DNA of 64,000 bases from Diplonema japonicum (taxonomy: Eukaryota > Protista > Euglenozoa: Diplonemea): NCBI GenBank assembly GCA_964019335.1, contig OZ025701.1:372001-436000 (forward strand), in the 5' to 3' direction. Each line of letters opens with the position of its first letter. Within the stretch, counting starts at the first letter, position 1. Position numbers and translations under genes: made by a program. Shown one piece after another: positions 18,730 to 28,979 of the stretch. A model generated the notes under the pieces. It had not been told where the DNA came from and did not search any database. It saw nothing but the letters and a program-made list of their open reading frames with translations.

Positions 18730-19260
18730 TCAGCACCACCAGTACATCTTCCCTTCCTTGTCAACCGAAGAAACAGCACGTGTGCACCCTATACATGCTC
18801 CGACAGCTCCACCTGCCAGGCTCTCTGCAACGAGCTCTCTGTGCACGTTGCTGTGTAGGATGACAGCAGTGCCCACAGATGCTGTGGCACCCATGCAGCA
18901 ACCAACTGCACAACCGACGAGGGCGCCTTCTTTTTCTGGTATTTTGTCATGCCCTTGGCAGCGGTTACACGGAATACAGCCTCTTTTTACAATGGCAGTA
19001 GCAAGGAACCCCAGCAGCAAGCCTGACATGGCACCCACCACAGCGCCAGTTACCAATGCTCCGCTTGCCGTGGGTCCCGTCAGCACTACTCCACCCACTG
19101 TCAGATGGGTGTGTGAAGAGACTGCTGCTACCACCGATGTCGCAGCCACTGCTTTTGCCGCACCTGCATGAGCACCTGCAACTTTTGCTTTTCCTGCAAC
19201 AGCTGCAGGTGCCTTCGCGGCTTCCGCTGCAGGTGCTGCACCTGCTTTTGCTGCAGTCAT
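18730..19260 (-). CDS. Ala/Gly-rich hypothetical membrane protein
   Basis: Ala-rich N-terminus and several glycine-zipper-like hydrophobic segments. Confidence 0.55.
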   Translation of the reverse strand: MTAAKAGAAPAAEAAKAPAAVAGKAKVAGAHAGAAKAVAATSVVAAVSSHTHLTVGGVVLTGPTASGALVTGAVVGAMSGLLLGFLATAIVKRGCIPCNRCQGHDKIPEKEGALVGCAVGCCMGATASVGTAVILHSNVHRELVAESLAGGAVGACIGCTRAVSSVDKEGKMYWWC

Positions 19261-19329
19261 ACCTATGGGCCTATAAAACGTAACTACTGAATAGCGCAAA
19301 TTAATAAAGCATCTTAAGTGTAAATGACA

Positions 19330-22300
19330 TCATTTCCCAGCAGCACTGGTGGGTCTTGACGAGATAATCACCGAAGCCCCACTGCTGTTTTCAGCGTCTG
19401 CAGACAGCGGTCGGTAGACCAGCACGTCCTTGTCGCAGTCGCTAGGCTTGTTGTATGTACCCGACAGCTCAAGTTTGAGGGCCAGTGACTTAAGGAGCGG
19501 AGATATTTCACCCGCGGAACCATGCGCCAGACGGTTTATTAGGGTATCCCCCGTGGGTGGCCGTTGCGGTGGGCGCCGTGTCAACCACACAGTGTGGCGG
19601 TTTGCCATGTGGAGCACAGGGTCAAGGTCACTGCGCACCCTATGTTTGTTAAACACGGTGGCCGGAAGAAGCCCAGAAGCATGCGTATTGCAAAGGGGGT
19701 TCAGCCTAGAGAGGGGCGGGCTCCTGTATTGCACAGGGGCTTTTTTCCATTTCTTCGGGGCAGGGGTGGTCAGCGCTTGCATCTTCTGTACTTCCAGTAG
19801 ATCATGCTTTAAAGACTGTATCAGGAGTGGAGTCTCAGAAGCGGGTTGGTCCTGTGCCACGACCAACGCCCCTTCCTCTTTTTCTTCTTCTTTTTCCTCT
19901 TCGTCTTCTTCTTCTTTTTCTTGTTTTTCTTTCTCTTCCTCTTCTTCTTCCACTCTGTTAGCATCCTCGACACTGTAGTTTTCGCTACTGTCATCTTCTG
20001 TCTCTGCACCTATTTCTAGTCTCGGCAAAGAGTATTCTCGTGCGGCTCTCAAGCAGAACGACGCTCCTGCCACGACGCTCTGCCTGCGTGCTCTTGGGAG
20101 TGACAGCGTGGGGACGGGGACTGGTTCAATTTTCGAAACTCGTGTGAGTTCCCGCACTGCCTCGTCTGTAGGGCAGTTCTCGCACGGGATGGAACCATTC
20201 CAGTTCCAAATGCTGCCATCAGCAGTAGCAGGTCTGGTGCCAAACTTCCAGCTTGGCATACGCTGCATCGCAGGTGCCTCCAAAGAAGCAACAGCAGAAG
20301 GGGTTGGCGGTATCTGAGGGGGAGGAGCAGAGCTAACCCGAATATCTTTGGTGTCTTTAGTGTCTTTGGCGTCTTTGGTAGCATCACCGTTGGACAAGAG
20401 AAGGTTTGTAGCCTCAAGCAACGCTGCTGTGTTGTCGTCTCTCGTCAGCAGTCTCGAGACAGGAGTGTCTACCACCATCTCACGGAAGCTTTTCTTACAC
20501 GTCATGGGCATGACAGGTGCATGGACAGGAGTGGCTACGACCTCTTTGACTATTACTACTTCCTCGGGTTCGTCGTCCGACTCGTCGGCTCCTAGCCACT
20601 TACACTCGCTCAGCGTGCAGACCTCGAAAGGTACAAAGTTCTTCACATTCTTCGTTACCCAGGTATCGATGCCCGGCAACATGTTTTTCCACTTCTGCTC
20701 AGTAGATGGAAGGGACCGCAACGCTGCGGGGATCGCGGGCACATCATACACTGCGAGCTTTGGTTTCCTGAAAAACGCGACCGTGAACTTCCCAGACAGC
20801 ACACCCTTCAAAGTGCCGTGCACGGCTTCCATGCGCCGTCTGACCTCAATGATGGCCGGCGGGACTTCGAAAATACCTTTCCTTTGCTTGACCACTTCCT
20901 TGGGGGGCTTTTCCACACGTTTCCTGAAAGGTGTGGATTCCCGGTGGTATTGACTGTATTTTGTGGTGGTGATGAAGCGATTCTTAAGCTTTTTCCCTTT
21001 GTTTGGTGTAGGAGGAGGGGTGAAAGTGGCGTGGCGTCCGGGGGGTGGCTTTTGGTACTCATCAAGCATGAACGGAGGTTGCTGACGTCCGTCGCCTGAC
21101 GGTCTCCAAGCCTCGTCACGAGGGAAAAGAGAAGCGTAGTACTCTGCAGTCACTACCGCAAGGTTCCCTTTGCAGACCACTTGATCTTCCGCGTCAGCTT
21201 CTGACGACGAACCAATAGATGTCTGCTCTTCCGTCCGCTCTGAGGCGTCGGAGGAGGCACATGAAACGTGCGAGACACTCCGTCGCCGGCCACGCAACTT
21301 GTCGCTGTCCTGTGCTTGCAGGAACAGCCCGTGAGCAGCAATGTAATCAACAGGTATGCTCCCCACATCGTCTTCTTTGAACTGCCGTCCCTGCTCCAGT
21401 TTTCCCACCTTCTCACCAGCAATGTCCCACAAGTACACGTTGCAGTCGCCGCCACATGTTATGAACCCTGATATCTCTTTCACAAAGGCCAGATCGCTCA
21501 CGGGTGTCATCCGCTGATGTGCAGAAATGCAGTTCATTACTGTGGCTTGCGCGATGTCCGGGCTTTCAACCGATAGGTCATCTGTCTTGTATTCCGGACA
21601 AGGGAACGTCGCAGGCTCCAGCGACCAGGACGAGATGATAGGCTTCATGTTCCAGATGGTAAAACAACCGTGGTCATCCCCTGTAAAGAGCTTTTTCCCT
21701 TGCGTCACCATGCATGTCACTACTGGGGTGGAAGCCGCTCTGTGGTATTTATGCATCTTCCCCCTCCCACATGGCTGATACGGTTTTCGATGCGGCCGCA
21801 GGGTCCACATTGTAAGGTACCCCCCGTAGTCAGATGCCACTAGCAGCGGGTACGGGTTTGCGACAACCACACACGCGATTTCGTTGACCTTCGGGTGCAT
21901 GTAATGTCTGATCTGCTGCTCCGTAGCTTGGTTGGGGTCTACCTCGGCTACCTCCTCACGTTCTTCACGCGCACGTTGGTACTTCACCGATGCGAGCGCC
22001 TTGACCTTCGATATGGAGTACGTGTCATAGATGGTGATGGTTTCTGTGGTGTCGCCAACAGCAAACATGTTGAGCTCCGGGCACTTTGCGAAACACAGCT
22101 GCGGGTCTTGAACTTTAATGGATATCATAGGAGGCTTTTCCGCGTTCTCTGCCCCATCGACCCCCCTGTAGCCGAGCAGGTGGAGCCCCGCGATGACAAT
22201 GACAAGGTCGGGGGGAACCTCAAATATGCCAGTGACCTCCGCCGGCGCTTTCTGGAAGGTAGTTGCAATTCCGCCAGTAGCGAGTGCGTGTACTGTAACC

Positions 22301-24078
22301 TGCCCGTCGTGGCATCCTAACATGAATCGTCTGCTGTTCCCGTCTATGGCAACAGCTGTTATATGGGATCTTGTGATATCTGAATAGGTTTCCCGCACAG
22401 AGCCCGTCAGTGCATCCCACACCCTTACACTGCATCCCGAAGTGGTGAGGAAGCACCCTGCCGGAGCGTTGTAGAGGACGCATGATACCGATTCGTCGTG
22501 TGCCACATAAGCGTTCTTATGCTTGAAGAGTACTTGTCTGTGTACCATCGTGATGCGCTCTGTGTCTGTGCGGCATGCAGACAGCAGCCATCCCCTACTA
22601 GGGTCCACTGCCACGTCATAGACATTCAGTTGCTGTTTCGCCTTTTGTTCTACATTGTCAGCCAGTGTACTGTCCTGCACCCCCAGCCGTGCTGCTACAT
22701 CCCCCACCGATGGGTCTAGCCAGAAAGTTTGCAGGACCATCACTTTTCGTATGTCCCACACCTTCAGCATCCCCAAGGAGTCAGCAGATAAGAGATGCCA
22801 TGGTTGCAGGCACATGTTTCCACCTGTCTCGTTCTGTTGTACACAATGCACGCCGATGATGCTCCCCTTGTGCGGTGCGTCGATGTCGCGAAGCTTGCTA
22901 ATGAACTGACCTGCCAACGGTGTCCACAGTGTGGGCTCTGGGTCATAGCAGCCGCTGGTCGCAAGCAAGGCGTACTCGGGGCTGTACGAGAGAGAGCGTA
23001 TGAAATCCCGTTCGTTCTCCCTTACCAGCTCGCGCTCTATGGTTCCCGTCGACACGTCGTTGATGTAGCACTTCGAGTCCAGACCGCAACTGACCACTTT
23101 CTTGGCCCCTATTGTGGGCAAGGGCAGCAGGTCGACTACAGGGTGCGGCAAGTGGGGTCTTGCACGAAATATAGTTTCAGGCATTTCGTTCGGAGTGTCA
23201 TCTGGCTGCAAGCCGAACAGCTCACCCCTGTTGTTCCCGGTAAACAGGAGCCCTGTCTCGGAATCCAGACAAATACGCAACTGCATGCCTTCTACGTACA
23301 CATGCTTTGTGAGGCGGATGGGGTCAGAGCGCGTCTTGTCCTTTGGGTCCCTGATGGTGTACCACTTGAGGAGCCCGTCGGCAGAAGAGACCACCAGTTG
23401 GTTGAAAGAAGGCAGCCATTCGGCGTCTTCAAAGCTGCATTCGCTTTTGATGGTACCGTAAGGCTTGATGCTGTGGGAGCCGTGGTTGGGGAGGTAAACG
23501 GACAGCACGCTGTGATCGCTCATGGCTGTCGTGTGGCAGGAGTCGATGGTGAAAGTCTTGTCGCAGGAGGGGAAATAGAATATTTTACGTTTTTTGCAGC
23601 GCTCGGCAGGGCAAGCATAGCGGCTCAGCTCTGTCCACGGCTGGTGCGAGTTCATCGACTCCTTACGCGCTTCATATGAATGGACGATGTAGTGCGTTAA
23701 CTCGCTCCAGTCCAGCGAGCCGCTTCCGTTCACATCGATCAGGAAGAACAGCTCCTCGATGCAGGCACGGAGCTCGTCCTCGGGGAACGCTACACGCTCG
23801 TCCTTCAGAATAGCTGTCGTGAGGATGCTCACGAAATCCTCCAGAGGGACTGGTCGGGTCAATGTTCTGCACAACATGCTGATCTCGCTGTCGGGGATCA
23901 GGCCTATGATTTTTGCGGTGGTCAGCTTCGCGCTCTCCTTCTTGATCTCCTCCACCTTCCTCCCAAGCATCTGTCTTCTTGAGGCCAGCCACTGCTCATC
24001 GCCATAGTCCTCGTTCACACCTACCACCGTGTCGTCGTCTCGCCTCTCGAGCAACATTACATCCCATAGCTCCTTCAT
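19330..24078 (-). CDS. EF-hand + WD40 repeat protein (WDR49/EFCAB8/WDR64-like, likely flagellar)
   Basis: LFFLIDVNGSGSLDWSELTHYI EF-hand followed by many WD repeats (KVWDIR, RVWDALTG, YLWDIAG) and a disordered acidic tail. Likely ATG at 24078. Confidence 0.8.
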   Translation of the reverse strand: MKELWDVMLLERRDDDTVVGVNEDYGDEQWLASRRQMLGRKVEEIKKESAKLTTAKIIGLIPDSEISMLCRTLTRPVPLEDFVSILTTAILKDERVAFPEDELRACIEELFFLIDVNGSGSLDWSELTHYIVHSYEARKESMNSHQPWTELSRYACPAERCKKRKIFYFPSCDKTFTIDSCHTTAMSDHSVLSVYLPNHGSHSIKPYGTIKSECSFEDAEWLPSFNQLVVSSADGLLKWYTIRDPKDKTRSDPIRLTKHVYVEGMQLRICLDSETGLLFTGNNRGELFGLQPDDTPNEMPETIFRARPHLPHPVVDLLPLPTIGAKKVVSCGLDSKCYINDVSTGTIERELVRENERDFIRSLSYSPEYALLATSGCYDPEPTLWTPLAGQFISKLRDIDAPHKGSIIGVHCVQQNETGGNMCLQPWHLLSADSLGMLKVWDIRKVMVLQTFWLDPSVGDVAARLGVQDSTLADNVEQKAKQQLNVYDVAVDPSRGWLLSACRTDTERITMVHRQVLFKHKNAYVAHDESVSCVLYNAPAGCFLTTSGCSVRVWDALTGSVRETYSDITRSHITAVAIDGNSRRFMLGCHDGQVTVHALATGGIATTFQKAPAEVTGIFEVPPDLVIVIAGLHLLGYRGVDGAENAEKPPMISIKVQDPQLCFAKCPELNMFAVGDTTETITIYDTYSISKVKALASVKYQRAREEREEVAEVDPNQATEQQIRHYMHPKVNEIACVVVANPYPLLVASDYGGYLTMWTLRPHRKPYQPCGRGKMHKYHRAASTPVVTCMVTQGKKLFTGDDHGCFTIWNMKPIISSWSLEPATFPCPEYKTDDLSVESPDIAQATVMNCISAHQRMTPVSDLAFVKEISGFITCGGDCNVYLWDIAGEKVGKLEQGRQFKEDDVGSIPVDYIAAHGLFLQAQDSDKLRGRRRSVSHVSCASSDASERTEEQTSIGSSSEADAEDQVVCKGNLAVVTAEYYASLFPRDEAWRPSGDGRQQPPFMLDEYQKPPPGRHATFTPPPTPNKGKKLKNRFITTTKYSQYHRESTPFRKRVEKPPKEVVKQRKGIFEVPPAIIEVRRRMEAVHGTLKGVLSGKFTVAFFRKPKLAVYDVPAIPAALRSLPSTEQKWKNMLPGIDTWVTKNVKNFVPFEVCTLSECKWLGADESDDEPEEVVIVKEVVATPVHAPVMPMTCKKSFREMVVDTPVSRLLTRDDNTAALLEATNLLLSNGDATKDAKDTKDTKDIRVSSAPPPQIPPTPSAVASLEAPAMQRMPSWKFGTRPATADGSIWNWNGSIPCENCPTDEAVRELTRVSKIEPVPVPTLSLPRARRQSVVAGASFCLRAAREYSLPRLEIGAETEDDSSENYSVEDANRVEEEEEEKEKQEKEEEDEEEKEEEKEEGALVVAQDQPASETPLLIQSLKHDLLEVQKMQALTTPAPKKWKKAPVQYRSPPLSRLNPLCNTHASGLLPATVFNKHRVRSDLDPVLHMANRHTVWLTRRPPQRPPTGDTLINRLAHGSAGEISPLLKSLALKLELSGTYNKPSDCDKDVLVYRPLSADAENSSGASVIISSRPTSAAGK

Positions 24079-24571
24079 GCTCCTGGGCCTGTGGTGTGGT
24101 ACGGTGTTGGAACAGGTCAAATGGATGTAAAAAAAAATGAAAACGTGTGCAAAGGGTAAAGAACAAGAAAAAAAGAGACATTTAAGGGGTACCTGCAGTA
24201 CGTGGCTCCTAAGAAGCTTCAGGAGATAGAGAAAATTGCAGGGGGGGGGGGGGGGAAGAAAGAAAAAAAGAAGGAAAAAAAAAAACAGACGTTTAAAAAA
24301 AAGAGACGAATTCGTGTAAACTAAGGCCAACAGTACGATGCTACAGCCACGGGTTGATGTTTCTATCATTCCCCTAGGCAGAGAAGGGGGAGGGAACTTC
24401 GTCTAGTTGAGTCAATTTAATAATTAAAAAAAAAAAAAAAAAAAGAAAAAAAAGAGACATTTATTTTTAAAAAAAAGAGACATTTAGAAAGAAAATGAAG
24501 AAAAAGAGGAGAGTGTATACAGCATCAAAACGACTCGACCCCCAGGAAACGTTTGATGAAGTGGCGCACGT

Positions 24572-26422
24572 TCACGGCTCGCTGAGTACCATGAACCTGT
24601 CGCGCAGCCTCCTCTTAATGGCGAAGAAGTCCGTGTCAAAAGGACGGAAAGCAGGGCGGAATGTATCGGCGAGGACTCCAGGAATGGATTCTTCCAACGG
24701 CTTAACCTCCTTCTCCAAGCGTTCGGTTGCCAGACTGGACTCTTTAAGACATTTTTCAAGGAATGTGCGAAGCTCTGTTTCGTAGAGGTCGGTTGCTGGG
24801 CTTTTCTTTGCCGTCATCGCCAGTTTTATGATTTCCTTCTCATTAGGCGTGTGCACATCACTCTTGCTATTCACAAGCATTGCGTACAAAGGCCCAAGCA
24901 AGACTTCCGTCTCCTTCGGGTACTTGCTGATGTCCTGCAAGGGCAGACCTTTGTCCACGTCGTTTATTGTGAACAGGATACCGCCTATCCCGCCCTTTGT
25001 TGCATTTGCCGCTTCCCCGTTAATGTAACTCTCTGCTACTGCGGCATCGGTTCCGCATGACGATGGTGCACCCCAGTTCACTTCACTGCCCGGAACCAAG
25101 GCGTTGTGTGTGTCAAGAAGCCCTTCACTCCTGGCTGCCAGGCCTCTTGAGAGCTGCCCTACGTTTGCATCTGTCGTGTAACACATTGCCATTAGCAAAC
25201 AAGCCGTTTTGATCCATTGTCCCAATGTCTTCCAGGATTCGTTGTCCTCTGAGGGGGCATTCGCTGCCTTCCGCATGGGGCCGTTTACCGAGCTGTACAT
25301 CGGTGCGTTCCTATCCTTGTACAGCTCCTTGTACTCATTCCATTCGGTTTCGTCCTCGGAGTCGTACTCGGGTACCCCAGGGTACGACATCACCATGTCG
25401 ATGTCAGGCCCCGCCATCGTGTACAGCGCCATGTTCAGCAGGTCGATGCGGTTCTTGTTTGGGTAGAATTTAGACTTTTCCTCAGTCAGTTTCTTGGAGG
25501 CCTCAGCAAATACAAGCAGCTTCCCCTCACCCTCTACAGGCGCTTTGTAGTTGGCAAGCATTTCGTCAAGGATGTCTCCTTTCTTCGCTTCCCACATCTT
25601 GATCAGCCTCCTCAGTACCGCGTGCCTGTCGATCAAAATGCCTTCTCTCAATGATTCGGAAGCCGCGTGGAATTTTTCTTTGCAGACGTGCACTGAGGTT
25701 TTCAGCACAGACTTCCCTGCACGCTTTGCGGCCATCAGGTTATTAATAGTGCTAGCCTTTCCGGTGAGGAGATTCCCCGCGACGGAACGGAGGCCCTCTG
25801 TGGTCATCCCGCCTCTATGATACGCTTTGTTGACATGTTCGCAGAGCAGGGTGAAGTCCTCCTCGCTGTCTGTTAAGTTTATCGAAAGATCGTTGCACAG
25901 AGCAGAGTACTCTTCGTGGTCGAGGGCACCATCGTCGTTCTCGTCGTAGGCGGTGAACAGTGTTGCGATGATGTCGGTGTTGTCCTCTAGGTCCCAGCAG
26001 GTGTCAGCGAAGACAGCGGCCACATACATGGTGCCGTCAACCTCCACAGCACCAACACCAATATTGGCTGCTTGAGGGCGCAGGAGGATCGCACGGTCAT
26101 CCGGGTTTTCAGCTGCCCACTGGCGCACAACGGCAATGCCAGACGAGAAGGCCCCACGGCAGCAGGTGATGGCGATGCCACTGACCTTGCCATACAGCTT
26201 TGCAGTTTGTAACAACCTCTGCGATTGAATACCCCCGCCCTGTGATATTTTCATAGCTGCCGACTGGGCCGTCTTGCTCAAGGCACCGCTTTCTACTAAC
26301 GGCTGGAGGACACTGGCTTCAAAGGTATCGTCGCCAGCAAGAACGGCCAGGGCCTTCGGCGATGCCCTCATCCCATTGAGGGTGACAACAACCTCAGCAG
26401 CAAGTATTTTCGCGTCTACCAT
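24572..26422 (-). CDS. Degenerate CAP domain - EF-hand - R-S-E ADP-ribosyltransferase, paralog 1 (intronless)
   Basis: Shortened CAP-like N-terminus. EF-hand loop DENDDGALDHEEY. ART motifs ALYT, YSSVNGPMR, LSRGL, WGAPSSC and SKYPKETEVLL. Confidence 0.8.
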   Translation of the reverse strand: MVDAKILAAEVVVTLNGMRASPKALAVLAGDDTFEASVLQPLVESGALSKTAQSAAMKISQGGGIQSQRLLQTAKLYGKVSGIAITCCRGAFSSGIAVVRQWAAENPDDRAILLRPQAANIGVGAVEVDGTMYVAAVFADTCWDLEDNTDIIATLFTAYDENDDGALDHEEYSALCNDLSINLTDSEEDFTLLCEHVNKAYHRGGMTTEGLRSVAGNLLTGKASTINNLMAAKRAGKSVLKTSVHVCKEKFHAASESLREGILIDRHAVLRRLIKMWEAKKGDILDEMLANYKAPVEGEGKLLVFAEASKKLTEEKSKFYPNKNRIDLLNMALYTMAGPDIDMVMSYPGVPEYDSEDETEWNEYKELYKDRNAPMYSSVNGPMRKAANAPSEDNESWKTLGQWIKTACLLMAMCYTTDANVGQLSRGLAARSEGLLDTHNALVPGSEVNWGAPSSCGTDAAVAESYINGEAANATKGGIGGILFTINDVDKGLPLQDISKYPKETEVLLGPLYAMLVNSKSDVHTPNEKEIIKLAMTAKKSPATDLYETELRTFLEKCLKESSLATERLEKEVKPLEESIPGVLADTFRPAFRPFDTDFFAIKRRLRDRFMVLSEP

Positions 26423-26552
26423 ATTCAGTGTATTACCCCCTGTGTACAACCGATAAGGGTTTGCAAAAAAAAAAAAGAACTTTGGTAAACAACAACAAGG
26501 TACCATGGGGCATCGCCTGCCGTGTAAGTGCAGTGCCCATCGAAGCCAGATG

Positions 26553-28779
26553 CTAGAGTGCATCGTAGCGCGTCATGGCCTTCTGACCACCCACAGGGGT
26601 GTCGTAATACGTGCGGTGGGGTGCAGTGGCAGGGCGGGTGGCTTCCGCTGCCTGGGGGCTTGAACTAAGCGAGCGTTCGCTGGATTCATGCCAGTTCCCG
26701 CCATGAAGCATTGAGGGTCCACCGCCGTGGCTCATTCCCCGCAGTTTTCTTCTCATTGTGAAGAATTCAGCGTTGTATGGCCGCGTTGCAGGTCTGTGGT
26801 GGTGTTATAAACAAAAGTGCAACATACCCCAAAGCTGCAGCAAGAGTCTGAGGGATAGTCTTGTCAAGCTGCTCAGTCTGCTTCAGCAGGCGGGGCACTG
26901 CGTTCTCCGACTCCACAAGACACTTCCCTATGAAGCCACGGAGTTCTTCTTCGAATGCGGTGTTGGACGAGCTGTTTTGTGGTGGCAAGGTGTCTGCTGC
27001 ATACTTGAAAGATGCCATCTCAATGCTAACGATGTCGGTGCTGTTGGGGGCAGAACGGAGGCCTCTGTAGAATATCTTGAAAGTCGACAACGGAGAGAGA
27101 AGGACTTCGGCTTCTTTGGGGTACTTGCTGATGGACTGCAGTGGGATCCCACGTTGCGCGCTTGAGATAGAGAAAAGTACTGAACCGCCACTACCCTTGG
27201 TGGCGTTGGCGGCGGCACCATTCACATAGTTCTCAGCCACGGTGGGGTCGGTGGCGCACGATGAAGGAGCGCCCCAGACAATTTCTTCACCGGCCACCAC
27301 GCCGTTGTGCAAGTCGACGACACTTTGTGGTAGTGCAGCGAGCCCCCTGGACAGCATGCCTCGTACACCAGCTTCCATAGTCCCGCACAGTGACATGAAC
27401 AAACAGATTGTTTTGATCCACTTCCCCACCGTGTCCCACGCTTCGCCTGTTCCCTTAGGGTCGGCAGATGCCATTCTCATCGCCCAATTAATGGCGCTGA
27501 ACATTGCCCCGTTCCTGTCCTTGTGTGTCGTTTTGTACTCATCCCACTGCGCAGTGTTCATCTCGTCGTACTCGGGTACCCCAGGGTACGACATCACCAT
27601 GTCGATGTCAGGCCCCGCCATCGTGTACAGCGCCATGTTCAGCAAGTCGATGCGGTTCCTGTTTGGATACATGGTAGACTTTGCCTCTTTCAGTTTCCTG
27701 GCCACCTCCGCAAGTAAAAGCAGCTTCCCCTCACCCTCTACAGGCGCTTTGTAGTTGGCAAGCATTTCGTCAAGGATGTCTCCTTTCTTCGCTTCCCACA
27801 TTTTGATCAGCCTCCTCAGTACCGCGTGTTTGTCGATCTTGAGAGAAGCCTGTGCAGCCCCCTTCGATGCTTCGTTCATTTTATCTATGTTGACTTGGTT
27901 CGAAGTTCTCAGCACAGACTTCCCTGCACGCTTTGCGGACACCAGCTGGTTGATGAGATCGGCCTTACCTGCGAGGAGATCCCCCGCAACGGCACGGAGA
28001 CCCTCTGTGGTCATCCCGCCTTTGTGTGGGGCTTTGTTCACGTGTTCGCAGAGCAGGGTGAAGTCCTCTTGACTGTTGGGAGATTCTATCGAAAGATCGT
28101 TGCACAGAGCAGAGTACTCTTCGTGGTCGAGGGCACCATCGTCGTTCTCGTCGTAGGCGGTGAACAGTGTTGCGATGATGTCGGTGTTGTCCTCTAGGTC
28201 CCAGCAGGTGTCAGCGAAGATGCCTGCAATGTAGATTCTGCCGTCGGTGCCCTCTGCTGCAGCGATGCCCATGTAGCCTGCTTCTTTGCGGAGGAATGTT
28301 TCGCGGTGTGTTCTGTCTGCGTCACCGTCATGGACGATCCACGAGATGACGACGGAGTTCCCGGTGTTGAAGAAACCACGTGAGCAGTTCATCTCGATGA
28401 GGCCGCTTACCTTGCCGTACATACGGACAGACTGCAGCAGCGTCATGTTTTCAGGATGGACATGTTCAATGCCGCCGTGCTCAGCCATACGCAGGGCGGC
28501 TCTGTCCGCCGCCTTCTGCAAAGCTGCACTGTGAACCAACGGAGGCAGAGCCTCTTGCTTCTTCATGAACTCAGACGCGACCTCGTACGCAGCGGAACCC
28601 TCCCGCAGCTGTATACCCCTGTCCCACCCTGGAAGGATCAAAACCTGTTGCGAGTCGACATATAACTCTTCCGACTCCACCAGAGCCCCCATGGCGCCAG
28701 GTGCTGTCCTCGCTCCATTCGCTGCAATAATAATCTCTGCCGCTAGAGTCGGGCACAATGCGGCTTCCGTCTCTGACAT
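26553..28779 (-). CDS. CAP domain - EF-hand - R-S-E ADP-ribosyltransferase, paralog 2; intron 26794..26827
   Basis: Protist-type CAP pattern (NxxRxxP...EG..A....FM..Q..LPPL..S..L..AA...DG..DR.HR..F). Same EF-hand. LSRGL, WGAPSSC and SKYPKEAEVLL. The spliced tail GPATRPYNAEFFTMRRKLR matches RPAFRPFDTDFFAIKRRLR in paralog 1. Confidence 0.82.
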
Positions 28780-28863
28780 TTCTCTCTTTTTTTTACCCCC
28801 CTCTTTTTTTCGGACGTCAAAGAGGTGAAGAAAAAAGAATGAAGGGAGAGAAGAAGAAAAAAA

Positions 28864-28942
28864 CTCAAAGTACAGGACAAGCCCCCCACTAGAGGGCCGC
28901 CCTATGGGAGGGGGGGGGGGGGTCTATCTGTTAATACTCCCC
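28864..28942 (-). mobile_element. 79-bp minimal copy of the element at 16550
   Basis: ctcaaagtacaggacaagcccccc...gggccgccctatgggag(G)n tctatctgttaatactcccc is almost identical to 16550-16625 and is again flanked by A-rich runs. Confidence 0.75.
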
Positions 28943-28979
28943 AAAAAAGAAAAAGAAAAAAAAGAAGAAAATCCTTGAG

